Positions 1-14,329 of a stretch of 64,000 nucleotides of DNA are shown here, piece by piece. Position numbers and translations under genes: made by a program. The notes under the pieces are model-generated. The model ran no database searches. It was given only the letters and a program-made list of their open reading frames with translations, and had not been told where the DNA came from. Each line of letters opens with the position of its first letter. Position 1 is the first letter of the stretch. This DNA comes from Dictyostelium discoideum (lineage: Eukaryota): positions 3,168,001 through 3,232,000 of the forward strand of contig CM000153.2 of NCBI GenBank assembly GCA_000004695.1. The letters run 5' to 3'.

Positions 1-398
1 TATTTAATTATAAATAATTTATTTATTATATGAATGTTGATTTATATAGGAAAAGAAAAAAAATTAAAAAAAAATGAAAATAAGAAAAGGTTTTTGAAAA
101 AAAAAAAAAAAAAAAAAAAAATTAAAAAATTAAATAAAAATAATAAAATTGTTATGGTTTTTTTTTTTAGTCTTTTGGGTCTTAATAAAAAAAATTCAAA
201 TAAAATTTTTTTTTTATATTTTAATTTTTTAAAAAAAGATATTTTTTGACAGATTTTTCTTTTCCATATTAATTTTTTTTATTTTTTATTTTAATTTTTT
301 TTCGTACAATTTTTTAAAAATCCAATCAACATTGTTGGTGTTTAACTCAATTTTTCATTTTATTTTATTATTTATTATTTTTTTTATTGTTTTTTTAT

Positions 399-640
399 TT
401 TTATTATTTTTTTTTTTTTTTTTTTTTTTAATTTATTAAAAATTGAAGTAATACAGAATTTTTAAGTTCTACCATATAATTGAGTACCATTATATTTCTT
501 TAAGGCAGCCATTTCACCGTTTTGTCTTGAATAGATGACCTAACCAGTACCATCACTTCTACCACTATTGTCATAATGAATTTTAATTTGTTTAATTTAA
601 ATAATTGTAAACTTTTTCAATGTGGTCCATTAAATTACAA
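399..640 (-). pseudogene. Degenerate duplicate of the 3' end (RRM part) of the Aly/REF-like gene at 1327..2469, including its poly-T 3' flank
   Basis: The sequence at 399-640 aligns with 1289-1640 (for example 'ttctaccat(a/c)taattgag(t/c)accatt(a/g)tatttctttaaggcagccatt'). It has an internal deletion of about 80 nt, an in-frame TGA and a 1-nt deletion. Confidence 0.6.
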
Positions 641-645
641 TATAT

Positions 646-676
<31 letters not shown>

Positions 677-774
677 TTATTTTAAAATGTGATAAAAATT
701 TATTGATTAATTTATTGAATTATCATTATTATTATTATTATTGTTTTTTTATTATTTGTGGGTCTTTATTATTA

Positions 775-812
<38 letters not shown>

Positions 813-1294
813 AACTAATATCCAACAATACTATATGGTTTGTGAAGTGGATATTTTTTTTTTTTTTTTTGTTATTTGGATTATTATTATTATTACTATT
901 TGGTTAATACTTGAGTTATAAGTTTGGACAAAAATAAAAATAAAAAATAAAAAAAATAAAAAAAGAAATAATAAAAAAAAAAGAAAAGAACAATTATTAT
1001 TTTAAAAAAAAAATAAGATTGATAGTATTTTGTTATAAATTTGGTAAATGTAATAATTATTATTATCATTACAATGATTATAATAAATAAATATTTTTTA
1101 TTTTTAGGGAAATTTTTTTCGAAATTTAGCTTTCTTACCCCTCTCTTTCCACACCAAAATACACTGCATATACATAGTTTTAAAATACAATAAAATTTTT
1201 TTTTTTTTTTTTTAATTATTTGGAATAAATCCAAAAAAATAAAAAAACCAATTTTAAAAAGTTATTTACTTTCAAGTTTTCTCCAAATTTTTTA

Positions 1295-1326
<32 letters not shown>

Positions 1327-2469
1327 TTAAAAATTCTTTCTTACATCCTCTTGTAAAGATGGTCCAGTTGTAATTTTTAAAGTTCTACCATCTAATTGAG
1401 CACCATTGTATTTCTTTAAGGCAGCCATTGCATCATTGTGTCTTGAATAGATGACATAACCAGTACCATCACTTCTACCACTATGATCATAATGAATTTT
1501 AATTTGTTTAATTTCACCTAAAGAATCGAATAAAACCTTGAGATCAGCTTCACTAATAGCATGATGAAGGTTTGAAATATTTAATCTTGAACCTGTAAAT
1601 AATTGTAAACTTTTTCCTGTTGGTCCATTATAGCCACCACCACCACTATTACGTCTTTCAAATAGAGTTGGACCACTACCAGTTGAGTGATCACTATCAT
1701 ATGAATTACGACGAATATTAATTCTACTACCACCACTGCCACTACTACCATTATCAACACTATATCTACTACTAATACTTCTACCACCACTACTGATACG
1801 ACTATCAAAATTATTTCTACTTGATCTAATTATTGGTCTTGATAATGATGAATTTCTATCTACAGTTTTTGTAATTCTAATTCTTGGTAAATTATTATTA
1901 TCAAATCTTGATGGAGTATCTTGTCTTTCTCTTACCTCTTTTTTAGTTGTTGTTGTATTGTTTTGAATTGTAATCTTTAATGGTGGTGGTGCTGATGATG
2001 ATGATGATGATGATGATGTGGTAGTAGTGGTTGTGGTTGTATTATGAGATCTAACTGGTATCCTTCTTAATGGTTTTGTACTACCACTGCCACCACCACC
2101 ACTACTACCACCACCACCACCATTTATTGATGTTGTATCTAATCTAGCTGTAAATTTAACTGGTGATGACTCATTCTTTTTATTATTATTTTATTATTAT
2201 TATTATTTTGGTTATTTATTTATTTTTTTAAAAAAGTGATAAATAATTTATTGATTAATTGATTGACTTTTTTTTTTTTTTTATTATTATTATTTTATTT
2301 ATTTATTTTTTTTTTTTTTTTATGATTATTTTACCTTAAAATTATTTCTAATATTTATTCTTCTTTGAAAAGTTTTTGGGGAATCTGTATTATTAAATCT
2401 ACGGGCTCTACCACCACTTTGGCTTGATTTATTATTTTTTATATATTGATCAAGTGAAATATCCTCCAT
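1327..2469 (-). CDS. Aly/REF (THOC4-like) mRNA export adaptor. Two exons: 2469..2335 and 2175..1327 (stop 1327-1329). Intron 2176..2334 (GTAAAA...AG).
   Basis: The spliced protein is 'MEDISLDQYIKNNKSSQSGGRARRFNN...' with a C-terminal RRM 'LNISNLHHAISEADLKVLFDSLGEIKQIKIHYDHSGRSDGTGYVIYSRHNDAMAALKKYNGAQLDGRTLKI'. This is collinear with human ALYREF, which has an N-terminal 'SLDDIIK' UAP56-binding motif, RGG-like region and RRM. The correct frame is not in the ORF track because the track requires an internal Met. Confidence 0.8.
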
Positions 2470-2603
2470 TTTTTATTTTATCTTATTTTTTTTTATTTTT
2501 GTTATATATATAAATATTAAATAAATAATGTATAGGAAAGAAATAAAAAGTTAATGAAAAATTCAAAGGTGAACAAAATTAATTGAAAATAAAATTAAAA
2601 AAA

Positions 2604-2636
<33 letters not shown>

Positions 2637-2835
2637 AAAATTGAAAATTGAAAAAAAAAAAAAAAAAAAAAAAAAATTAAAATTTAAAAATAACTTTTTT
2701 TTTTTATTTCTTCCCAAAAGGGAAGATCAAAACTTTGATTTGATTTTTTAAAATCTTTTTTTATTTTTATTTTTATTCTTTATTTGTATTTTATTTTTAG
2801 TTTTATTTATTTTTTTTTTTTTTTTTTTTTTTTTT

Positions 2836-3882
2836 CTATTCTTCCATTTCCTTATCTTCCATTTCTTCAGAGGTTGTTGTTGTTGGGTTTGTTTCGACAT
2901 TTGATTCTTCAGTTGTAGCGGTAGTAGTGGTAGAGGTAGTAGAAGTGGTAGTAGTAGTTGTAGTTGGTGGTGAAGTTTGTTTTGGTGGATTTTCAGCTTC
3001 ATATAAGATTAAGAGTGAACCATCAAGTTCTACACCACTATATCTTTCAATTGAAGCCAAAGCATGAGTTTTCTTTTTAAATATAACGGTAGCAGTTGAA
3101 TTGTTTGTATCCAATTCAAAATCTTTTAAGGAACCAATAACACCAAACATATAAGCAATATCGGAAGGTATAATACTTTTTGGTAAATTTACAACCTTTA
3201 CACTAAAACTGAGTTCATTACCTTTTTCATCATATTCCAATTCATCGGCATCATCAGCATTATTGCTATTATTGTTACCATTGGTGGTATTATCTTTAGT
3301 ATTATCGTTCATTGATGCAGTTGTAGGCTTTTTCACTTGACTATAGTCTCTAATACCTCTTGGATCGAAAAATTTATGATCTATACTATCTGTAATCGAT
3401 GTTCTTGGTATATTCTTTAATCTACTATTGTTATGATATTGTGGGTACTTTTTAATATAATTTGGTGATACATTGTTTTTATTAAATCTATTATTACTAT
3501 TTACAAATTGTTGTTGTTGTTGTGGTTGATTTCTATTAAATAACCCTCTATTTTGGAATTGTGGGCTACCATGTGGTTGATTATATTTATTATTATTGTA
3601 GTTGTTGTTGTTATTGATTGTAACTTTAAATTGTTGATGTTGGTGTTGTTGATTTTGTGATTTTTTAATATATGGTTTCTTTTGTGACTTAACAATATCA
3701 TCGAGTGATGTCTCTAATACATTTAATTTTGGTGAGGTAGATGATTCTTTGGTTGTTGTAGTTGGTTTATCACCCCCTTTATTGAATGATCCTCTTCCCT
3801 TTTTTGCTGCCCTATTTGCTTTAACTATATCATCCAAACTAACAGACATATACTGATTTTTAATTTGTTCAGAGTCTTGCAT
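2836..3882 (-). CDS. Second Aly/REF-family protein (tandem paralog); single exon, 348 aa
   Basis: ORF 2836..3882 has two copies of the UAP56-binding-like motif ('MSVSLDDIVKANRAAKKGRG', 'LETSLDDIVKSQKK'). It also has a C-terminal RRM-like segment 'VKVVNLPKSIIPSDIAYMFGVIGSLKDFELD...ATVIFKKKTHALASIERYSGVELDGSLLIL'. Confidence 0.65.
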   Translation of the reverse strand: MQDSEQIKNQYMSVSLDDIVKANRAAKKGRGSFNKGGDKPTTTTKESSTSPKLNVLETSLDDIVKSQKKPYIKKSQNQQHQHQQFKVTINNNNNYNNNKYNQPHGSPQFQNRGLFNRNQPQQQQQFVNSNNRFNKNNVSPNYIKKYPQYHNNSRLKNIPRTSITDSIDHKFFDPRGIRDYSQVKKPTTASMNDNTKDNTTNGNNNSNNADDADELEYDEKGNELSFSVKVVNLPKSIIPSDIAYMFGVIGSLKDFELDTNNSTATVIFKKKTHALASIERYSGVELDGSLLILYEAENPPKQTSPPTTTTTTTSTTSTTTTATTEESNVETNPTTTTSEEMEDKEMEE

Positions 3883-5379
3883 TATTTAATATTATAAATA
3901 TATAAAAAAAAATTAAAAAATTATAAAAAAAAAAAATGAAAAAAAAAAAAAATGAAAAAAAAGTTAATTTGAAAAAATTTAAAAAAAAAAAAAAAAATAA
4001 AAATAAAAATAAAAAACAAAAAAAAAGATTTGGAAATTCATTTAAATGGATTAATTTTAACTATATATTATTATTATTATTTTTTTTTTTTTATTTTTTT
4101 TATTTTTTTTTATTTTTTTTTATTCTTTTTTATTCTTTTTTTTAAAAAAAAATTGTTGTATAATAGATTTTATATATAATCATTCAATTTTTCCATTTAT
4201 ATATAATCTTTAATAATAGATTATATATAAAAGGATAATAATTTATCTTTTTTAATTTTTTTATTTGGAACAAGTGATTTTTTTTCAATGTTTGTTTTTT
4301 TTAATCATTTTTTTTTTTAGCCATCTTTTTTTTTAGTTTTATTTTTTTTTTTTTGGAATAAGCGATTTTTTTTTTTTTCCCGATTGATGAGTTGTAATTA
4401 AAGTATGAAAATAAATTTCTTTTTTGCTTTTTATTTTTTTTTATTTTTTTTTTTTATTTTTTTTTTTTTTTTGAAAAATGTGGTAAATAAAATTTCAATG
4501 TGACAAATAAAATTTTTCGATTTCTTTTGACACCATTAATCGTTATGGCTTTGGAATCATTTGCACCACGTTGGAATTTTTTTTTTTTTTTTTTTTTTTA
4601 TTTTTTTTTTTTTTTTAAATTTTTTTTTACCAGTAGAACAAGTCGTTAAATTTTTTTTTTTTTTTTTAATTCATAAAAAAAAAATTAAAAAAAATAAAAA
4701 AAAAAATAAAAAAAAAAAAACAAATCTACACTGGGTTAAATCATTTTTTTTTTATTATTTTCTTTTTTTTTTTTTGTTTTTTTTCTATTTAATTAACCTC
4801 TATTTCAATAAACACCTTTATATTTACCCCCTTTTCTATTTATCTATTTATTTACTTTTTTTTTTTTGTTTTTTTTATCATCATCACCATCATTGTTTTT
4901 TTTATTTATAATTTTGTAATTTTTTAAATTTTAAATTTTTTTTTTTTTTTTCGTGTGTGATATAAACCTTTTTTTTTAATTTTTTTTCATTCATTTTTTT
5001 TTTACATATAAATATAAATAAATAATAATAATAATACACATTACACATTTATTTTAATAAAAGAAAAATAATAAATAAATAAATAAATAAATAAAAAATT
5101 TTTTTAAAAAAAAATTAAATAAAAATTAAATTTGTAATATTAAAAAAAAAAAAAAAAAAATCGAAAAATAATAAGGAAGTAATACCATTTTATTTGAAAA
5201 AAAAAAAAAAAAAAAATCAAATCAAATCAAATCAAATCTTCCATTACTATTATTGGTATCATTACTCTAGTGGGTTTAAATAATTAAATAAATAATCAAT
5301 CTACCAAACAAACAAATAAACAAATAAAATCTAAAAAAAAAAAAAAACCAAATTATACATATATATATATATATCCATC

Positions 5380-6146
5380 ATGGCCGATTTACAAGAAAAT
5401 GAAATGGATTTTGAAAAAATCGTTAGGGAGGTAGAAATTGGTATTAAAGATTTAAGTAAAAATAAAAGAGGTATAGAAGCAAGAGGTGTAAGTATTTTTT
5501 TTTTTTTTTTTTTTTTCTAATTTTTTTATTAATAAATTAATTTTTTTTTTTTTAGGGAGCAGAATTATTAAGAAATAGAATAGGAAGAGCAAAACAAATT
5601 TTAAGATCATATAAATTAGATTTTAGAGAATTAGCTAAAAATGAACAAAAACCCTATCAAGATAAAGCAAATCAATATGAAGAACAAATAAAAACATTAG
5701 AGAATGATTTAAATTGGGCAGAAAAGAATAGTGAAAATGGTGGTGGAGGTGGTGGTAGTGGTGGTAATAATAGTCAATCAATAGATACAGAATATCAAGA
5801 AACAATGCAAAAAGCAAAGAAAATTCAACAACAAGATATAGATACAACACATAGAATTTTATCAGAAGTTGGTCAAATTAATGAAGTTGGTACATCCACT
5901 TTAGAGGAGATGGCAGTTCAAGAGGAACAAATGAAAAGAATTCAAAAAGATATGGAAGAAATTGATGGTAACTTAAAATTAGCAACTAGACAAATGAGAG
6001 CATTCGCTAGAAAAATGGCAACTGATAAACTTATTATGGGTCTTGTACTATTAATTGTTGCTGCTATCATTTTTGTAATCGTTTATTCAATCGTTAAACC
6101 TAAATCTAAAACTGTTCAACAAAATGTTACTGGTTCAACCCAATAA
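5380..6146 (+). CDS. Qb-SNARE of the NPSN (novel plant SNARE) family. Two exons: 5380..5487 and 5556..6146. Intron GTAAGT..TTTAG.
   Basis: The protein is 'MADLQENEMDFEKIVREVEIGIKDLSKNKRGIEARG|GAELLRNRIGRAKQ...VGTSTLEEMAVQEEQMKRIQKDMEEIDGNLKLATRQMRAFARKMATDKLIMGLVLLIVAAIIFVIVYSIVKPK'. The SNARE motif with central Q and the C-terminal TM anchor align closely with Arabidopsis NPSN11 ('...RQVATDKCIMAFLFLIVCGVVAIIIVKIVNP'). Confidence 0.8.
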
Positions 6147-6563
6147 TAAAATTTTGAATTTTTAAAATAGTAAAAAAAATAAAATAAAATAAAAAAAAAA
6201 AAAATAAAAAAAATACCAATATTGTATTGTATTTGATTATCACTTTATCTTTTTCTTTTTATTTTTAATTTTAATTTATTAAAAAATATAAAAATAGATT
6301 AGGGAAAAAAAAAAAAAAAAAAATGCTGACATTGCACACCCTTTTTTTTTTTTTTTTTCTGTGAATTAATATGCCAAATTTCGATTTCTTGGATTTTTGT
6401 ATTTAAGAAAATGGTTTTTTTTTTTTTTTTTTATTTTTTTTTTTAATTCTTAATTGTATTTAATTACCTTGATATAAATAAATAAAATAAAAAAAAACAA
6501 AACAAAACAAAATTTTATAAATATTTAATACATATATTAAAAAAAAAAAAATAATAAATTTTA

Positions 6564-6738
6564 ATGGCCGATATTATAGAAAATGAAATTGAACTTGATA
6601 AAATAATTAAAGAAGTAGAAAAAAATATTAAAGATTTAAGAAAAAATAAAAAAGATATTGAATCTAGAGGGGTAAGTAATAAGAATAAATTTATTTTTAA
6701 ATAAATTTTTTTTACTAATCAATTTTTTTAAATAAATA

Positions 6739-6773
<35 letters not shown>

Positions 6774-6989
6774 TCCCAAAGGGAGTTGATCTTATAAAAA
6801 ATAAAAAAATTGGGCCAAAACAATTTTTAAAATCTTCCAAAATAATTTAAAAAAATTTCCCAAAACTGAATTGGCAAAGTTTGATTGTAAAGGTTATGGT
6901 TTTTAAAAACCAATTAAAAAATTTAAAAATGGTTTTAATTGGGTTGAAAATATTATGGGTAAAAATGAAAGGGGGAGTAGGGGTACTAG

Positions 6990-7020
<31 letters not shown>

Positions 7021-7377
7021 AAGGGGGGTAATAATAATAATAATAATGGAAATTTTAAAAATGGATATTCCATTTTCAAATGTAATGGAAAAAGCGAAAG
7101 ATAAGAACCAGATTAAAAAATTTCCAATGGAATATTACAAACTGTTATTGAAACTAATAATATTGGTACGACAACATTGGCAGAAATGAATATTCAAGAA
7201 GAACCAATTTATAGAATAAAAAATGATATGGATTTAATTGATAGTAATTTAAAATTAGCCCCAAGACAAATGAGATCCATTGCAAGGAAAATGGCAACTG
7301 ATAAAATTATTTTAGGTTTAATATTATTAATTATTGCTGGGAAAAATGTTGTAATTGTTTATAAAACTTTTAAATAA
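6564..7377 (+). pseudogene. Tandem disrupted paralog of the NPSN SNARE gene (pseudogene or low-quality sequence)
   Basis: Exon 1 is intact ('MADIIENEIELDKIIKEVEKNIKDLRKNKKDIESRG' plus GTAAGT). The second exon is homologous to 5556..6146 but has many indels and substitutions, in-frame stops (for example TAA near 6845), and odd G/C homopolymer insertions (GGGGG at about 6974, GGGGGG at about 6994). The SNARE motif and TM ('...NLKLAPRQMRSIARKMATDKIILGLILLIIAG') are readable only after a +1 frame jump near 7125. Confidence 0.5.
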
Positions 7378-7430
7378 ATAAAATTTAAAGTAATCAATCC
7401 AAAGATGATAATAATAATATCCCCCCCTTT

Positions 7431-7470
<40 letters not shown>

Positions 7471-7504
7471 TATTATTTTAATTATTGGATAAATGTAATA
7501 AACA

Positions 7505-10374
<2,870 letters not shown>

Positions 10375-10521
10375 TTTTTATTTTTTATTTTTTATATTTT
10401 TATTTTCTGCTTTTTTGTTTTTATTATTATTGTTTTTATTATTATTAATATTATTATTAATAATGATAATGGGGATATTAGCTGATATAAAAAATTTTGT
10501 ATGCAAAAGTCGAGAGGTGGG

Positions 10522-10523
<2 letters not shown>

Positions 10524-10570
<47 letters not shown>
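10524..10570. repeat. poly(dT) homopolymer of about 47 nt in the intergenic region
   Basis: An uninterrupted T run. Confidence 0.9.
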
Positions 10571-10571
<1 letters not shown>

Positions 10572-11166
10572 TTTCTATACAAAATAAAAATATTATTAAA
10601 ATAAATAAAAATTTTTTAAAAAAAAAAAAATAATAATAATAAAAATTTATAAATTCGCTTATTTGGGTGATGGATGTTTTTTTTTTTTTTTTTTTTTTTT
10701 CTACTTTCACTTCCAAATTAAAAATCCATTTTATATTTTTTTTATTTTTTTAATATTTTTTTTTTTTTTTTTTTATTTTTTTTTTTTTTTTAAAAAACAC
10801 AACAGCTAAAAATTTTTAATCGAGGATCCTGCAAATTTAAAATTAAAAGATTTCAAAATTATTGTAAAACCATTTTATTTGTAAAATCTTTTTTATTATT
10901 ATTATTTTTTTTTTTTTTTTTTTATTAGTACCTTTTTTTTTTTTATTATTTTATTATTTTTTTTTTATCTAAAAAAAGGACAATTGGAAAAATCAAAAAA
11001 AGTTTATATAAAAATAACACATTGATCTTCTATTTTTTTTTAAATTATTTATTTTTATTATTTATTTGTATTAAAAATAATAATAACCATCTAAATAACA
11101 AGAATGAGCGAAATTATTAGTGTAAAACTTAAATAGATAATTTCAAACATTAGTTTTTTTCAAAGG

Positions 11167-12376
11167 TTATAAAACCTGTCTTTTATTTCCACCTTTATTT
11201 TGTTTTTCTTTTAATTTTTCTTGATATTCAATTTCTTTTGAAGATAATTTCTTTGTTTTCTTTGTATTATTTTTATTTTTATTTGCAATTTCAGTGGATG
11301 ATGCTTTTTTTGAAGTATTTTTATTGATTTTATAAGTTTTTGATTTTGATTTTGATTTTTCATGATCATCTTCATTATCACTATTATCATTATCTTCTTC
11401 TTCTTCGGTATCACTATCAAGATTTAAAAATACAGAGTTTGATTGTTTTGATTTTATTGGTCGAACTATAACTTCTTCATCACTTTCATATTCATCAGTA
11501 CTTTCATCTTTTTTATTATTATTATCACTATCTTCATCTTCATCTTCATCTTCACTATATGCTAATTTTTTAAGATTATTCTTTTTCTTTAATTTCTTAT
11601 TAAACTTTTTTGTTGCTGCAGAGGTGGTTGAAGATGTTGTTGTTGTTGTTGCTGTTGCTGTTGTTGAATTTGTTTTTTTATTTGAATTATCAATTTGATT
11701 ATTTATTGAGTCTTTATTTTCATTAATATTTGAATAAAGATTAGATAAACCACTAGTGATATATTGTTCTTTTGTGAAACCAGGAGGTGGCCAAGAGATT
11801 ACAATATTACCATCAACACAATCCTTTAAGATTTCTAAACCAGCACGATGTGGATCAGGTCTACCAGATTTTGCATAAACATAACCTCTTTTCAAAGCAA
11901 ATGCTTCACAAATTGAATAAGAACTCCAAGGTTGGTTCTCCTCATCTGGTGGCTTTGATAATTTATAAATTTGTTCAATTGGAACACGTTCAGCCAAATA
12001 TTGAATCGCAGAGAATGGTTCACGAACTTGAGCAATTGGGAATAGACCACACAATATTTGTAATTGTTTTGGTCTATCCAATGCAGGAAATACCAAACCT
12101 GGACAATCCAATAACTGAATATTCTTTGTGAAAACAATAGTTTGAAAATGTTTAGTATGACCTGGTGTTCTACTCGTACTAACAACTTTCTTACCCATCA
12201 TACCATTAATTAATGACGATTTACCAACATTTGGATGACCAACCATACCAATTATAATTTTATCATTATCATTATTATTTTGATTATTTTCTTCTTCTTC
12301 TTCTTCTTTTTCTTCTTCACCATCCTCATCATCATCATCCTCATCACTATCTTCATCACTACCTTCATCAGAATGA

Positions 12377-12465
<89 letters not shown>

Positions 12466-13707
12466 TTCATCTTTTGAAATTAAATTTAATTTTTGAATTG
12501 GTAATGATAAAACAGCATTAATTAAATTTTTTTTACCTAAAGATAAATCATAACGTTTTCTACCTTTTTTTAATTTTCTTTTAATGGTTGCATCCAATTC
12601 GATGCCACCACTGTCACCACTATCGTTGGTATGACCTTGTGAAGTTAGGGAAGAGAATGAACTGAAACATATGACTTTTAAGTGTGGATAGTTTGTATTG
12701 AAATATTGAATCCAAGCATCGATGATTCTCTTGTCAACTAAATCAATCTTGTTTAAGATTAAGATCATTGGTTTCTTGAGATCTACATTGATGTAGTTAT
12801 AGAGAGATGGTGGGAAATGGAATAAAGGGTATCTGGCATCGGTTACTAGTAGAATTACATCTGATCTCTCTGAAACCCTCCAAAGCTGTCTCCAAACCTC
12901 TAAATTATGTTCAAAGTAGTTTAATCTACTTTTGTCGTATTTTATAACGATATTCTCCAACCAACGTGAGAACATAATTCTTTCCTCTTCTTTCAACCTG
13001 TCGCCAGACATATTGTAGCTCCAATGTGGTCTCTTTGGTATATCAATATAGTTGCCACCAGACACCGACGTACCTTGATTGATTCTATCATATTCCCTCA
13101 TTATTAGCCATGGCTCATCACGTAGTATCGTATTCAATGGTTTCTTACTTTGCTCTTTTCTCTTTTCAATCTCTTCTCTACTCTCTTTTTCAAAGATTGT
13201 AACTAATTTATTAATTCTTCTACCACCATTTGTAATTTGTTTACTACCAAGATCGAATGATTTCATTTGTTTATTAATTTCATTAATATGTTTAATTGAT
13301 TTCCCAATTTCATCATCTTCATCTTCTTTTTCTTCATCATCATCATCATATTCTTCTTCTTCTTCTTCTTGTGTATTATCACTGTCTTCTTCTTCCTCAT
13401 CCTCATCATCATCTTCTTGTTCATCTTCATCATTGCTTTCATCCTTATCCTTATTTTCTTTAGTTTTTTGATGGGTATGAACACGTTTAATTTGATTATT
13501 ACTAAATATGATTTTACTACCAACTATTGAATCATTGTTATGTACAACTTTATTATTATTTAATAATTGTTTTGCTAATTTTCTCTTCTCTTGTAATGAA
13601 ATATCAATATTATCATCTAATAATGCATTTTCAATTCTTTTTCTTTCTTTTTTCTCTTTTAATTGATCTTTTTTTTGTTTTCCACTAAATGGTTTTGATC
13701 TAGCCAT
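11167..13707 (-). CDS. gnl1: GNL1-like nucleolar GTPase (guanine nucleotide-binding protein-like 1; circularly permuted YlqF/MMR1-HSR1 family)
   Basis: The 846-aa ORF has an N-terminus 'MARSKPFSGKQKKDQLKEKKERKR'. 'SYFEHNLEVWRQLWRVSERSDVILLVTDARYPLFHFPPSLY...LILNKIDL' is nearly collinear with human GNL1 ('MPRKKPFSVKQKKKQLQDKRERKRG', 'LSYFEHNLETWRQLWRV...'). The G1 motif 'GHPNVGKSS' comes after the G4 motif 'NKID', which is the permuted order. There are poly-N/D/E inserts. Confidence 0.85.
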
Positions 13708-14159
13708 TTATTTTACTTTTATTGTTATAATTATTTTTTTTTTTTTTTTTTTTTTTCTATCTATTTCTTTGTGAATGTGTGAACTTGTTTTTGAAACTAA
13801 TGATTTTTTTTTTTTTTTTTTTTTTCAACCCCATTTTCACTGTTAGTTTGGCAAAAAAAACAAAAAAAAAAAAATAAAAATAAAATAAAAACCCAATCCC
13901 TCCCAAAAAATCTGAAAGTTCCCTCAAAAAAAAAAAAACCCAAAAAAAAAAAAAAAAATCTTAAATAGTGATAATTTAATTTATTTTATTTGAATTTTTA
14001 ATTTTAATTTTTTTTTAAATTAATTTATATTTTATTTTTTTTTTTTTGAAAAAAATTCGTTTGTGGGAATTGAAATTTTTTCACTTTTTTTTTTTTTTTT
14101 TTTTTTTATTTTTTTTTTTCTGCCAACAGCAACAACAAAAAAAAAAAAAAAAGCACTAA
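13708..14159. promoter_or_regulatory. Divergent intergenic region between the GNL1 (-) and Myb (+) genes; a presumed bidirectional promoter
   Basis: A 450-bp AT-rich spacer with oligo(dT)/(dA) runs lies between two head-to-head start codons. This is inferred from arrangement only. Confidence 0.3.
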
Positions 14160-14241
14160 ATGAGCAATGCAAATGGAAATAGCAATGGAAAACAAAATAA
14201 TGATTTAGAAGATTTACAATCATTAAATTTATTACTATCAA

Positions 14242-14329
<88 letters not shown>

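Noticed and set aside
4480-4580. A GC-normal 100-nt island in the AT-rich spacer that could be a small ncRNA
   Set aside because: There are no C/D or H/ACA box arrangement, terminal stem or upstream element. It is more likely a 5' UTR or promoter element of the flanking genes.
4561-4911. ORF 'MHHVGIFFFFFFF...' and the neighbouring low-complexity ORFs (34..249, 703..921, 896..1234, 3936..4145, 10367..10716, 44908..45138, 54069..54580)
   Set aside because: These are translations of oligo(dA)/(dT)-rich intergenic DNA with no coding-like composition.
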